Below, piece after piece: positions 47,419 through 58,100 of a DNA stretch of 64,000 nucleotides. The first letter of the stretch is position 1, and every line of letters begins with the position of its first letter. Under the pieces are notes generated by a model. The model saw only the letters and a program-made list of their open reading frames with translations. It ran no database searches and had not been told where the DNA came from. A program made the position numbers and the translations under genes. The stretch is from Candidatus Falkowbacteria bacterium (GTDB taxonomy: Bacteria > Patescibacteriota > Patescibacteriia > UBA11705 > JACRDX01), in NCBI GenBank assembly GCA_043798985.1, contig JAZDOE010000002.1:22500-86499 (forward strand), read 5' to 3'.

Positions 47419-48669
47419 TTACGACATCAATGCCTTAATCCAATCCTTCACTTTTGCGGCGGCATCTTTTATTCTTTGAACTTTATTTCCAAATCCGTAA
47501 CGCTTATTCAGCTTTTGATTATGCGACTGATAACCCCACATCACCAAACCAAGCGCCGTGGCAAAAGATACGTCGCCAACGCGGTCAACCGCTGTATTGA
47601 ACTTTGGCAATGTGCCAATGCTCACTGGCAACATTGTCTTTCGTTTGCCAACCTCAACAATACCGGGCAGTTTCGCGCCGCCACCAACAAGCATAATACC
47701 GGCTGGCAACAATCCGCTTCTGTGTATTTTTTGCAATTCTTCATCAACTTTTTGAAAAATTTCCTCTGTGCGCGCTTCAACGATTTCCGCGACAAACTTT
47801 TTGGAAAACGCTTGATCGTCGCCGCCAAAATCCTGCAAATTTATTTCTTCCTTCTTCTCAAAGTTCTTAGACAAACAATGGCCAGCGTCAATTTTCACGC
47901 GTTCAGCCACTTCCAGCGCCGTGCGCAACCCAATGGCAAGATCAGACGTAATGTGATTTGAACCAATCGCTAAAATACTAGCGTAATAAAGCTCCCCATC
48001 TTCAAAAACCACTAAGTTTGTTGTGGTGGCGCCAATATCAATCACCGCGACGCCAACTTCTTTTTGCCTGTCAGTCAAAACAGCTTCCGCGGCGGCCAGA
48101 TTGGAAAGTATCAAATCATTTATGTCAACGCCGACGCGGTGGATGCATCTGGTTAAATTTTTAATCTGCGGCGAAAGCCCGCGAATTACCTGCGTTGAAA
48201 CTTCCAATTTAATGCCCGACATACCAACCGGGTCCTTGATATCCGTCTGATTATCAACTGAAAATGAACGCGGGATTATGTGAATTATTTCGTAATTAAC
48301 CGGCACAGCAGTTGACCGCGCCTGATCTATTACTCTTTCAACATCACCATCCTGAATTTCACCTGTTGCGCGAGAAATCGCGACAACGCCCAAACTTTCC
48401 TGCGATTTTATATGTGTTCCGGAAATCGCGACCCACAAATCTTTTATTGGCAAACCAATCATTCTCTCTGCTTTTTCAATCGCGGCTGATAAACTTGAAA
48501 CAGCGTCTTCAATGCTGACAACCGAACCTTTGCTCACGCCTTGCGATGGCACCTCAACAACTCCAATAATATTCAACTGCGAAACATTGTCCTTTTGCAC
48601 GGCTTGCCCAACAACAAGACGGATCATGCTAGAACCAATATCCAATCCAGTTAAAATCACTTCGTTCAT
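47419..48669 (-). CDS. ftsA: cell division protein FtsA
   Basis: actin-like ATPase pattern, upstream of ftsZ; start at first ATG (track M1 is GTG). Confidence 0.9.
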   Translation of the reverse strand: MNEVILTGLDIGSSMIRLVVGQAVQKDNVSQLNIIGVVEVPSQGVSKGSVVSIEDAVSSLSAAIEKAERMIGLPIKDLWVAISGTHIKSQESLGVVAISRATGEIQDGDVERVIDQARSTAVPVNYEIIHIIPRSFSVDNQTDIKDPVGMSGIKLEVSTQVIRGLSPQIKNLTRCIHRVGVDINDLILSNLAAAEAVLTDRQKEVGVAVIDIGATTTNLVVFEDGELYYASILAIGSNHITSDLAIGLRTALEVAERVKIDAGHCLSKNFEKKEEINLQDFGGDDQAFSKKFVAEIVEARTEEIFQKVDEELQKIHRSGLLPAGIMLVGGGAKLPGIVEVGKRKTMLPVSIGTLPKFNTAVDRVGDVSFATALGLVMWGYQSHNQKLNKRYGFGNKVQRIKDAAAKVKDWIKALMS

Positions 48670-48741
48670 AGTATAAAAATATCTTTGTCCCGCCACAGCA
48701 GAACCGTTCTACCTTTAATTATACAATAAATAAAAGGCTTT

Positions 48742-49119
48742 TCAAAATTTGCCTGCGAAAAACGCAATCAAATGCGGTCCAAATATTAACCACGCGATGA
48801 TTACCGAACCAATTGCCGCTATCAGCACCATTGCTGACATCATGTTTTTAATTTCTCCTGCGTACAAATGCACGCGCGGCTGCAACATATCCACCATTCG
48901 CTCAAACGCAGTGTTCACGATTTCCAGCAAAAAAATCAGCAATATCATTGAAATCAGCAAACACCATTGCCAAATCGCGACTTTAAAAAAAATTCCAGCG
49001 GCAATTACAACAATGCTTGCCAAAATATGAATTCTAAAATTTTGTTCGTCCTTAAAAACCAATCCCAGCCCTTTAATCGCGAATCCAAAACTCCTGATTA
49101 ATTTTTTAATGCTAAACAT
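48742..49119 (-). CDS. dgkA: diacylglycerol kinase / undecaprenol kinase family
   Basis: EIVNTAFE motif, 3 TM, about 125 aa. Confidence 0.8.
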   Translation of the reverse strand: MFSIKKLIRSFGFAIKGLGLVFKDEQNFRIHILASIVVIAAGIFFKVAIWQWCLLISMILLIFLLEIVNTAFERMVDMLQPRVHLYAGEIKNMMSAMVLIAAIGSVIIAWLIFGPHLIAFFAGKF

Positions 49120-49154
49120 AGCGTATAAAATTTTGAATTTTGAATTTCAAATTT

Positions 49155-49613
49155 TTAATGAATTTTTAAATCTGAATTTTGAAACATTATGCGACGTTCA
49201 AGTTGCTCCATGGTCCGTGCGTCTGACAATGTCTTGTGATCATGCCCAAGCAAATGCAAATATCCATGGATCAACAATTTCGCTACTTCGCTTTTCATTG
49301 CCCGGTCGGATTGTTTAGCCTGCCCGCGGACGCGGGACGCGGCCAGGGCCTGTTGCTTCGCGCGAGCAAGACAAATTATAATTTCACCCAACGTGCTGTT
49401 GTTTTCCCCGGCAAAAGACAGCACATCAGTCACTTCGTTTTTGCCGCGATACGCCAGATTCATTTTTTTAATAACCGCTGGTGTCACAAAAGCCAGGGAT
49501 ATTTCCTGGTTTTTGCGAATTTTCAAAACTTTTTGACAAATCTGAATAATGCCCTCCAACAATTTTTTATCCACCTTTATCTGCGTTTGATTATTAACTT
49601 CTAGAACGAACAT
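49155..49613 (-). CDS. ybeY: rRNA maturation endoribonuclease YbeY
   Basis: HGYLHLLGHDH metal-binding motif. Confidence 0.85.
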   Translation of the reverse strand: MFVLEVNNQTQIKVDKKLLEGIIQICQKVLKIRKNQEISLAFVTPAVIKKMNLAYRGKNEVTDVLSFAGENNSTLGEIIICLARAKQQALAASRVRGQAKQSDRAMKSEVAKLLIHGYLHLLGHDHKTLSDARTMEQLERRIMFQNSDLKIH

Positions 49614-49616
49614 GTC

Positions 49617-50594
49617 TTAAAATCCCAAATTAAAACTATTTACAATCAATCTCAAAACGGTTGGATAATTAACGATCAAGTCTTTGCCAACATTATAATG
49701 AACGATATATACCAAATCATTCTGCGCAAAGTAGTAAGTATAACCATCAGGGCTCATGATTCCCTCAAGTTTGTTTTTGTTGCTGCTAATTTTTTCAATT
49801 TTATCCGCTGTCAACGTCGGCACCATTGCCAAATACCAATCTTGCAAATTTTGAGTCACGTCTTTTTTAACGGTAAAAACATTTATAAACTCATCATTAC
49901 CAGAGCTCAAAATCACCTCATTTTCATTAACCATGCTTGGCTCTATTATCCATTCTTCGGGATAAAAGAAAGAATATTTTGCAGAATCATTTGTATAAAC
50001 CTTAACAAAATTAGTAAATTCCAATTTTACCGGCGCAGTTCCTTGCGGATTGTATAAATTCAATACTTCCGTACCATCAATATATCCATCTTTGTCAGAG
50101 TCTTCTTTATTTTTGTTTGTGCCAAACAATGCTTCTTCTCCGTCTGTTAATCCATCTTTATCACTATCAGCGCCAGCAATATCTGCCAAAACCGTGTCAG
50201 CCAGTTTTTCCGGCTTAAATAACTCAACAACCGGTTTTTCTTCAGGTTTAACTTCTGGAGTTGGCGCAACGGTTGGCTCAACCGCTGGTCCCGCCGTTGG
50301 CCCCGCCACCGGCGGGGGCGCGGGTTGTTCAACTACTGGCAACAATGTTGGCGCAGGGGCAACAGGCTGGGTACTTAAATAAAGCAAATAAACCGAACCG
50401 CCCAGCATACCAACCAAAAGGACGGCAATCACAACATAAACCGGCTTTATTTTCCTCCCAGCCTTCGTCCCGCCGACTGGCGGGACTGCGGCGGGCAAGC
50501 TCGATATTTTTTTAACATTCCTAAAAAATTCAGGCATTACATGGATCTTGCCCTCACTGGTTATTTCGTGCGGCTTATTTTTTTCTTCAGCCAT
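49617..50594 (-). CDS. Pro-rich membrane-anchored protein with TSP3-like Ca-binding repeats
   Basis: TM helix, DSDKDGLTDGEE and DSDKDGYIDGTE motifs. Confidence 0.55.
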   Translation of the reverse strand: MAEEKNKPHEITSEGKIHVMPEFFRNVKKISSLPAAVPPVGGTKAGRKIKPVYVVIAVLLVGMLGGSVYLLYLSTQPVAPAPTLLPVVEQPAPPPVAGPTAGPAVEPTVAPTPEVKPEEKPVVELFKPEKLADTVLADIAGADSDKDGLTDGEEALFGTNKNKEDSDKDGYIDGTEVLNLYNPQGTAPVKLEFTNFVKVYTNDSAKYSFFYPEEWIIEPSMVNENEVILSSGNDEFINVFTVKKDVTQNLQDWYLAMVPTLTADKIEKISSNKNKLEGIMSPDGYTYYFAQNDLVYIVHYNVGKDLIVNYPTVLRLIVNSFNLGF

Positions 50595-50599
50595 AAAAT

Positions 50600-51292
50600 T
50601 TATTCAACGCCCTGCAATGCTTTTTTCGCTTTTTCAAAATCTAATAATTTACCGGCGCCGTTTGGATTATATCCATTTTTCACTTCTTCTCCATCAGGAT
50701 ATTTATCGCCATCAGTATCCGCATTCAATGGATCTGTCTGGTAAATTTTTACTTCTTCTTTGTCAGTCAGACCATCATCATCAGAATCAGCTTTTTGCGG
50801 ATTTGTGCCATATGTAAGTTCTTCGCTATCAACCAATCCATCTGCGTCGCTATCTACAACTGTCGGTTCCGGCTCAACAACAGGAAGCACCGCTGGCACT
50901 GGAGTAGGAACTGCTTGCTTGGGCGTTTCTGTTGGAATTTGTTTCAATGTTTCAATTCCTTTGTTAATAGATTTGCCAGTGATAATCATGTCATATACAA
51001 ACCAGCCGGCCGCGCCCAAAATCGCCATAATAACAATGATTGCCAGCGCGATAAAAATTCCTTTTTTGCTTGCAACTGGCGCTGGCAATGGCGCTTTTGT
51101 CATTGCCGATGGCGCAGCCATCGGCAATGCAGCAGCCTTTGGCTGCTGCGCGGCCGGCTGCGCGCTTGAAGTCGCTCGCCCCGCCAACGGCGGGGCAAAA
51201 ATATCTTCTACGTTTGGAACATTTGCCGAAGGTCCCACGAGTTTAGCTGGCCCCGCCGCTGGTTGTTTTTGTAATTTTGGATCATCAAACAT
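50600..51292 (-). CDS. membrane-anchored protein with TSP3-like Ca-binding repeats (paralog of previous)
   Basis: DSDADGLVDSEE, DSDDDGLTDKEE, DTDGDKYPDGEE motifs. Confidence 0.55.
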   Translation of the reverse strand: MFDDPKLQKQPAAGPAKLVGPSANVPNVEDIFAPPLAGRATSSAQPAAQQPKAAALPMAAPSAMTKAPLPAPVASKKGIFIALAIIVIMAILGAAGWFVYDMIITGKSINKGIETLKQIPTETPKQAVPTPVPAVLPVVEPEPTVVDSDADGLVDSEELTYGTNPQKADSDDDGLTDKEEVKIYQTDPLNADTDGDKYPDGEEVKNGYNPNGAGKLLDFEKAKKALQGVE

Positions 51293-51425
51293 AATATTAA
51301 ATATTAAATTCGAAACACGAAATCCTAAATTCTAAACAAATTCCAAATACGAAATTCAAATGTTTCAAACATTGGAAAATTGTAATTTCGAGCTTGTTTC
51401 GGATTTCGATATTCGTGCTTCGTGC
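51293..51425. repeat. AT-rich palindromic repeat (CACGAAATCC ... GGATTTCG arms, AATGTTTCAAACATTGG core, TTCGTGCTTCGTGCTT tail)
   Basis: family member. Confidence 0.65.
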
Positions 51426-54400
51426 TTATTCACAAACGTTTGGTTTAAAATTAAATTGATAGCCAGTCAACAATGCGTCTATTTCCAGATAATAACTGAA
51501 TTTGCACGTTTGGCTCGCTGGAAAATATTGATATGAATAAATCGGCTGATACTTTTGAGTTTGCGCGCTGAACTTTTTGTTTAATGAATCATAGCATGTA
51601 TTCATGTCATAACCAATCGGACATAATCTGCAAAAACTTCCGGCCGGCGAACATTGTGAAGTTGTTTTTTCACAATAACCTTGATCCTTGCCGCACGATT
51701 CATATTTATTTGTATCAACAACTCCATTCACCTTTACAGCGTTTTCGCCAAGCTGCGCAACATCAGCAAAATGGTTCAATGGATCTTCTGGCACAGAATT
51801 CTGCAAATCCGCGCTAAATTCTTCTTGCCACGATGGCCACACACTATAAGTGACATTTTTCACGTATGAGCCAGCATCCAAATGCGGATAATCCTCATAA
51901 ATCTTAAAATACGAACCAGAATTTTTTGGATCATTTAACAAATATTTTACAAATGCCGCGTCATTCACACGTTTGGTATCGCGTTGAATCATTTGCTTTT
52001 TCAAAACTTCAACATTAGTATTAAATTTCCAATGACTTAATAATTGGTTAACAATTGACAGTGTGTTTGCGTTTGCTTTGTCAGTATAGCTAAAAATATA
52101 AACATTATTAAAAATCTTTTTGTCATCAGAAACATTGGCTCCGGAAACATAAACGGTCCTGCCATCTTTTATCGCGTGATAACCATCAATGTCTGCTGAT
52201 TGCGGCCCGCCCGGATTTGGCACGTATTGTTTGTACCAAAGTTCCAGCGGCCAAGAGCCCGGATTTTCAGCCACGCGCAATGAAATCGCGTCAGAAACAT
52301 AATCATAATCTGTCAGCGGCGCGCCATATGGACCTGTTTCGCGCACAAAAAACACTTCGTAAAAAATCTCTGGCGGCTGCGATGCATTCGCGCTGCCTAG
52401 CACATCTTTAATCAATGGCAAATCATCTATTAAACTTCCTCTATCCTTTCCGTCTCTGCAATAAAATGTCTTCAAATTAAATTTATCAACGTTCCATATC
52501 CATGGTTTGTCACAAAATATTACATCAATATCTGCCGCGGCTTCAAACATTTTGCCAGCTTCTGTCCCGCCAAACAATGTGTCTGCTGTGACATTCAAAA
52601 TCGCGAAAAGCAAATTATTTAATCCTTCTTTATCTTTTGCAAAAGCTATTTCAACATTTTCGCTGGGAGTTTTTGAAGATGCTTTAATTCCCACTATATC
52701 AACTGAATTGTCTGCCAATTTCCACGTCACTGTCCAATCATACTGGCCAACAACTTCGTGAATATAACCTTTTTCTGACTGCGCTATCGCAACAAATTCT
52801 TGCGCTTCTGCTGGTTTTGTGAAAAGTTTTGTGGCTGGCTCAATGGCCAAAGTGGAAATTTTGCACGCGCCACCAACGGTAAAACCAAAAATCAAACCGG
52901 TCTTCATTGGATTTCCGCAAGAATCAATAACTCCATTTTCTACATTCACTAAATATGTCTTGTTACTGCTTAACAACCCAATCGGCTCAACTAGCACCAT
53001 TTTTGTGTTTCCATTGCCAGCATCATCCAAACTTGTAATTACCATGTTGACCGGCGGCATTTGCACTCCAATTATGCCGATTGATATGTGCTTTTTCAAA
53101 CTCTCCAAATTTAAAGGCTGATTAAATTCCAATAAAATGCTTACATTTTGGCACACGTTCGTTTCATTCGCGGCAGGCAAGGTTTTTACAAACGCCACTG
53201 CGCCATAGCCTTTACAACCTGTTGGGTCATCACCGTTGTCACCGTTTGGCCCATCAATCGGACCATTTTCATAATTTAGTGTTGTATAAACTAATTCTGC
53301 CGCATTTATATCTTTTTCCTGCAAAATCTTGGCGATTGCTTTCATGTCCCATGGATACGCCAAAATATTTGTTTTATCAACAAAAACTTTTTCAGGTAAA
53401 TCGCCAATCACGGTTGCCAGCTGATAAAAATTTCCGGGCGCGCTGCCAACGATTGCTGGCTCGCATTTCTCGTCTTCGCCCGGCTCAACTTTTCCATTTC
53501 CACAAACCGCGCCCCACGAATAATCCGCGCCTTTTTTCAAACAATTTAGCGCGCACCAAGCAGAAGAAACTTCGCATTCTTCGCCAGCGTCAATTTTCGC
53601 GTTTCCACAGCAGTTCAGCTCGCCGGCTTTTGAACATTTTAATGTTCCTTGCCACAGACAGTTTTTCGCGCAACCAGCATCCGTTGATTCACATTCCTCG
53701 CCCTGCTCTAATTTTCCATTTCCGCAAATAGCCGGCTCGCTACCAAAAACATATTGCGCGCCCTCAAACAAACATTGGCTATTACAACCGTCTTTTGCCA
53801 CAACATTTCCATCATCGCAATCTTCGCCATATTCAACTTTTGCGTTGCCGCAAACAAATCCGGCAATTGCAGAGCCTTCATTTAAACACTTTGAACTGCA
53901 ACCATCAGCGCCTTTCGCGTTTTTATCGTCGCAATCTTCTGCTTTATCTTTTGCGCCATTGCCGCAGCAATTCGCATCGCCAACCTGCAAACAAGCAACC
54001 ATACCCTCGTTCAAACATTGCGCGCCGCATCCATCGCCTTCCAATTTATTGCTGTCATCGCACTCTTCGCCATATTCAATTTTTCCATTTCCGCAAACCG
54101 CGGCTTTGTCTTTTGGCACACTGCCGCTTAGCTGGCATTTTGCGTTGCAATATTTTGGCAAATTCAAATTGCGCTGATCATTTGAAATGGTCGCGACTGA
54201 CGGCTTTGTTGAATCCCAGCTCCATGAATAGAGGTTTGGCGCTAAAATTTCGCCAATGCCATCGCAACCCAATGGATCGCCAATTGGATTTGCTTGATAT
54301 AGAATTTTTTGATCTTTATCATAACTTATCATTTCTTGCGGAACAACATCAACTTTTTGCGGCTTGCAAATAGCAGAATCATTTTTTATTTTAAAAATCC

Positions 54401-57400
54401 ACGAATAAGAATCTAATTTAGCATCATCATTTTTATCGTAGTTTAATTCTGTAAGCGCTTTGTTAGCCGCGCTTTTTGTGTTACCGTCAATTATTACGCG
54501 ATAATATGTGTTTGACACAAAAAGCGCGCCCGGTTGCAACATAAAGTTCACGGTCTTTGTTTCACTATTATAACTTGCGTTGCCAGCAATCTGGCCAGCC
54601 GCGATAAATGTTGTGCACGCCTGCGACAAACACGGCAAAACAATCACATTGTTTTGCCAATCGTTTTCAACCAGCATGCTGGTGTTAAATTTCGCGTACA
54701 CTAACGAGTTCGGACAAGCTGTAAAGCACGCAGGATAAGAATCAACAACCTGCGGCGCAGCGAATTTTATCTGCAAATCAGCCGTATCGCCATATTCGCC
54801 GGGTAGTTTTGGATCTAACGACGTGAACACCGAATATATTTCAATGTCTTTATCCAAATTAGTTTCTGCCAATGCCTTCGCGACACTAAAATTTTTCGCG
54901 GCATCCCAATCCAACTCTGCTCGCGGTCCTGCGTAAGCATCATCAGAAAATCCCCATTTCCACCCGCTTTCAGCTGGACAAGTAATTATATTGCAATTTT
55001 TTGCCACGCATTGCGCAGAATATTTTGTTTCTTTGCCAATGTCATCTATCAACGCGTTGCTTGGACTAACCAAAATGTGGTCAACACTGCAACTGGTGTC
55101 ACCTGTTGTGAACTCCCAAAAATACGGCGCCATCATTGCCAAACCGCTTTTTGCTTTTATGCCCTTTTCACCTGACAACAATGTCACTCTATATTTTAAA
55201 TTTGTTTGCAATTTTGTTTTTAATACTAATTGCGTTCTGTCATCGCCAAAATATTTTACAACGCGAAATTCAAATGGCGGATTGTCAAAGTCTTTAAACG
55301 CCAAATTATGACAGTTCGCGCCTGCTTTTGAACAATTGCTCAAATCGCAATCATCTTTTTGCGAATTGCATGCTGAAACAACAACATTGTTAACAAAACT
55401 GGTTGTATCCATCAACGTGTTAAAAACAGCGCTGGTTTCAGCATTTGGACATGCGTTCTTCAACCCGATAAATGGCGACGGGCTTTCCGGATAATCTTTT
55501 GAACAAACTGGAATTTCCAGAACTTCCGGATAAATCGGCAACAAACCAGTGCTAAATATCCACGCATATTCGCAAGATTGCAAACCAGCGGCCTTGCATT
55601 CGTCAGTTGGCAAACACAATCCATTACAGCAGGTTTCGCCAGCAGAACAACTATTAGCAGTACACAAACCAACCGAGAAATTTACCTCATTGCTTTTCAA
55701 CCCAGCAGAATTTAAAACATAAACAGGTCCGCTTTTTGCTGTTTGCGGGACAATAATATTTGAAATTTTTCCATTTGTCCAAGTTAATCCGTCCTTAACT
55801 TCTGCGGCGCTATAAAAAATAACCCTCCCTGTGTTTCCCTGTGATGCGCCAAATTCTTCACCGCCAATTTCAATTTTCGTGCCAGCTGGTCCGTTCGCTG
55901 GTTTAACATAACAAATTCCAGGTGTCACTGCTTTGCTGTTCGCCTCAAACATCACTTGATTACTTTTTACCTCACCCTTAACAATTTGAATTGTGTATTT
56001 GCCAATATTGGCAGTTGGAATTTTTGACGGAACTTTTACCACAACCTGCGCATTATTCCACGCGCCCTGACTGCAACCAAATTCTGCCACGTACATTTTA
56101 GTAGCGTCATCTTCTTTTACAAATTGCACCTGCCCAATGCTGTCTCCAAAATTTGAACCGGCAATCGTCACATACTGACCCTTGCCGCCGTTATTGGGAC
56201 TTATGCCAGTAATTATTGGCAATTCAGCAGCTTCCAAAACCACAAAAGCAACGGCATTGCTCAAAACATTGTTATTTGAAACTTTCACATTAACTTTCCC
56301 GGACTGCAAATTGGGAACTTTTATGCCTGATATTTTTTTATCAACCCAAGTTCCGCTGATGTCAGCGCTGAATTCGCCAAAGTAAACATTATCGCCATCG
56401 CCCCGCGAATCGCCAAAACCACTGCCCTCGGCAATTACCAAATCCAAGTATTTGCCAGTTGCCTGACCGAGCGCGTTCGCAACAGAACACAAACCCGGCC
56501 ATTTGACATTCGCGTCATAAATAAAGTCGCCCTTCCAACCGCGATCATCATCAGTCGCGTCAGTATATGCTTTTTTCGTAGTAAGTTTTATCGCACCGGT
56601 TGAAACAGTAGCTGGAACAACCACAACAACCTGATTATTTGTCCATGATTTTACAGCGCAACCTAACTCTGCTTTTATCCACGCGCCTTTGGCATCTTTA
56701 AACTCAACTTTGCTCGCTGGTCCAAAATCGTCAAAATATTTTCCGGAAATCGTGACAAAATTTCCTGCGGCGCCTTTTGACGGCGACACGCTGGAAATAA
56801 TCGGCACATCAACGCAAACGTTTTTTGTTTTATCGCACGTGCCTGTTGCGCATTGCGAATCATTATCGCACTTACCGCCATCGCACAAACCGCACTCTGG
56901 TTTTCCGCAAATTATTTCGTCTTTGGCATTAAAACAACTTTCGTCTTTAATATAAAAACCAATTTCCGCGGCATTGCCAAAATTCGCACCCAAATCAAAC
57001 GCTCTGGCGCTGACAAAATGTTTGCCTAAAGCGGCGCCGGTCAAATCAAAATCAAACGCAGCGTCAAATTCTTTTAGCGCCGCGATTTTTGGTTGGTCAG
57101 CGCCAATTTTTTTCTGGTCAAAGAAAAAATCAACGGACGAAACTCCAAAATTATCCGTTGCTTTTGCCTGCATCAATAAAATGCTATTTGCTTTTACGCT
57201 TTGTCCGCTTACAGGATAGCTAACAAAAACCACCGGCAAAGAACCATCAAAATTTTCTCCCGTTGAAAATTTTGCTGAACACGCGAACACTGCGCTGCAC
57301 GTAATCTTAGAATCAGTAATACTGCGCAATCCTTGTTTCACAACAATTTCGTATTGAGTATTTTTATTAAAACAAAACTGCGTTTCATAGTCCGCGCATT

Positions 57401-58046
57401 TTTGAGCTGGCGTAAAAATAATTTTCGCGCCATCAACTTCAATGTCACCATCAACTTCTTTCCCGTCTAGCGCCTGCCTCACGATAAAATTTCCGGATAC
57501 GGAATTTTCTTTTACTTCTTTATTGAATAAAACTCGGACTTTAACATTATATATTTCGGATTTTCCGTTTGGCATGAAAGATTTAGCGTAAAAATTCGCT
57601 CCGCCAGCGCCTCCGCCATCTCCGCCTACGCCACCGTCTCCATTGCCACTTGGCAACCCTCCGACAATCTCAACGCCAGTCGCCTCGCCCAACCGACTGA
57701 TTACAAACGTTGTTATCGCGTAAGCGCTTAATACAATAATCAAACCTATTACAGCTGACGTTAATGCTTTGCGCGCTTTGTCGTGCTTTGGATCGCTACC
57801 GCCGGCTATCATCCACAAAAATCCTCCGTAAAGAATCAAAGCAAGAAAAACGATTCCCAAAAAGCTCAAAATAATTTTTATGATTTTCGCAACAATCAAT
57901 CTGGGATCTTCCTGCGACAATCCAGTGCTTTCCAAAGGCTGTAAACCAACATCAACCTGCGCAAAAGCAATCTTCGCGACAAAAATACCCAGCGCCATTA
58001 TAATGATGCTGCCGACTAACAACCATTTTTTGCGTCGCAAAGACAT
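51426..58046 (-). CDS. giant surface protein (2206 aa): N-terminal double-TM pilin-like module, Gly-rich linker, Cys-rich EGF/Myxococcus-type repeats (CGNGKxExGEECDD...C)
   Basis: single ORF; six tandem CGNG...GEECD...C repeats seen directly; N-terminus shared with 58101-59942 protein. Confidence 0.8.
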   Translation of the reverse strand: MSLRRKKWLLVGSIIIMALGIFVAKIAFAQVDVGLQPLESTGLSQEDPRLIVAKIIKIILSFLGIVFLALILYGGFLWMIAGGSDPKHDKARKALTSAVIGLIIVLSAYAITTFVISRLGEATGVEIVGGLPSGNGDGGVGGDGGGAGGANFYAKSFMPNGKSEIYNVKVRVLFNKEVKENSVSGNFIVRQALDGKEVDGDIEVDGAKIIFTPAQKCADYETQFCFNKNTQYEIVVKQGLRSITDSKITCSAVFACSAKFSTGENFDGSLPVVFVSYPVSGQSVKANSILLMQAKATDNFGVSSVDFFFDQKKIGADQPKIAALKEFDAAFDFDLTGAALGKHFVSARAFDLGANFGNAAEIGFYIKDESCFNAKDEIICGKPECGLCDGGKCDNDSQCATGTCDKTKNVCVDVPIISSVSPSKGAAGNFVTISGKYFDDFGPASKVEFKDAKGAWIKAELGCAVKSWTNNQVVVVVPATVSTGAIKLTTKKAYTDATDDDRGWKGDFIYDANVKWPGLCSVANALGQATGKYLDLVIAEGSGFGDSRGDGDNVYFGEFSADISGTWVDKKISGIKVPNLQSGKVNVKVSNNNVLSNAVAFVVLEAAELPIITGISPNNGGKGQYVTIAGSNFGDSIGQVQFVKEDDATKMYVAEFGCSQGAWNNAQVVVKVPSKIPTANIGKYTIQIVKGEVKSNQVMFEANSKAVTPGICYVKPANGPAGTKIEIGGEEFGASQGNTGRVIFYSAAEVKDGLTWTNGKISNIIVPQTAKSGPVYVLNSAGLKSNEVNFSVGLCTANSCSAGETCCNGLCLPTDECKAAGLQSCEYAWIFSTGLLPIYPEVLEIPVCSKDYPESPSPFIGLKNACPNAETSAVFNTLMDTTSFVNNVVVSACNSQKDDCDLSNCSKAGANCHNLAFKDFDNPPFEFRVVKYFGDDRTQLVLKTKLQTNLKYRVTLLSGEKGIKAKSGLAMMAPYFWEFTTGDTSCSVDHILVSPSNALIDDIGKETKYSAQCVAKNCNIITCPAESGWKWGFSDDAYAGPRAELDWDAAKNFSVAKALAETNLDKDIEIYSVFTSLDPKLPGEYGDTADLQIKFAAPQVVDSYPACFTACPNSLVYAKFNTSMLVENDWQNNVIVLPCLSQACTTFIAAGQIAGNASYNSETKTVNFMLQPGALFVSNTYYRVIIDGNTKSAANKALTELNYDKNDDAKLDSYSWIFKIKNDSAICKPQKVDVVPQEMISYDKDQKILYQANPIGDPLGCDGIGEILAPNLYSWSWDSTKPSVATISNDQRNLNLPKYCNAKCQLSGSVPKDKAAVCGNGKIEYGEECDDSNKLEGDGCGAQCLNEGMVACLQVGDANCCGNGAKDKAEDCDDKNAKGADGCSSKCLNEGSAIAGFVCGNAKVEYGEDCDDGNVVAKDGCNSQCLFEGAQYVFGSEPAICGNGKLEQGEECESTDAGCAKNCLWQGTLKCSKAGELNCCGNAKIDAGEECEVSSAWCALNCLKKGADYSWGAVCGNGKVEPGEDEKCEPAIVGSAPGNFYQLATVIGDLPEKVFVDKTNILAYPWDMKAIAKILQEKDINAAELVYTTLNYENGPIDGPNGDNGDDPTGCKGYGAVAFVKTLPAANETNVCQNVSILLEFNQPLNLESLKKHISIGIIGVQMPPVNMVITSLDDAGNGNTKMVLVEPIGLLSSNKTYLVNVENGVIDSCGNPMKTGLIFGFTVGGACKISTLAIEPATKLFTKPAEAQEFVAIAQSEKGYIHEVVGQYDWTVTWKLADNSVDIVGIKASSKTPSENVEIAFAKDKEGLNNLLFAILNVTADTLFGGTEAGKMFEAAADIDVIFCDKPWIWNVDKFNLKTFYCRDGKDRGSLIDDLPLIKDVLGSANASQPPEIFYEVFFVRETGPYGAPLTDYDYVSDAISLRVAENPGSWPLELWYKQYVPNPGGPQSADIDGYHAIKDGRTVYVSGANVSDDKKIFNNVYIFSYTDKANANTLSIVNQLLSHWKFNTNVEVLKKQMIQRDTKRVNDAAFVKYLLNDPKNSGSYFKIYEDYPHLDAGSYVKNVTYSVWPSWQEEFSADLQNSVPEDPLNHFADVAQLGENAVKVNGVVDTNKYESCGKDQGYCEKTTSQCSPAGSFCRLCPIGYDMNTCYDSLNKKFSAQTQKYQPIYSYQYFPASQTCKFSYYLEIDALLTGYQFNFKPNVCE

Positions 58047-58059
58047 ATCTTACTATAAT

Positions 58060-58098
58060 TTCAAATATCAAATGACAAATGACAAATGACAAATTACA
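58060..58098. repeat. tandem heptamer repeat (ATGACAA x3, ATTACAA x2)
   Basis: seen directly between the two paralogous surface-protein genes. Confidence 0.7.
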
Positions 58099-58100
58099 AA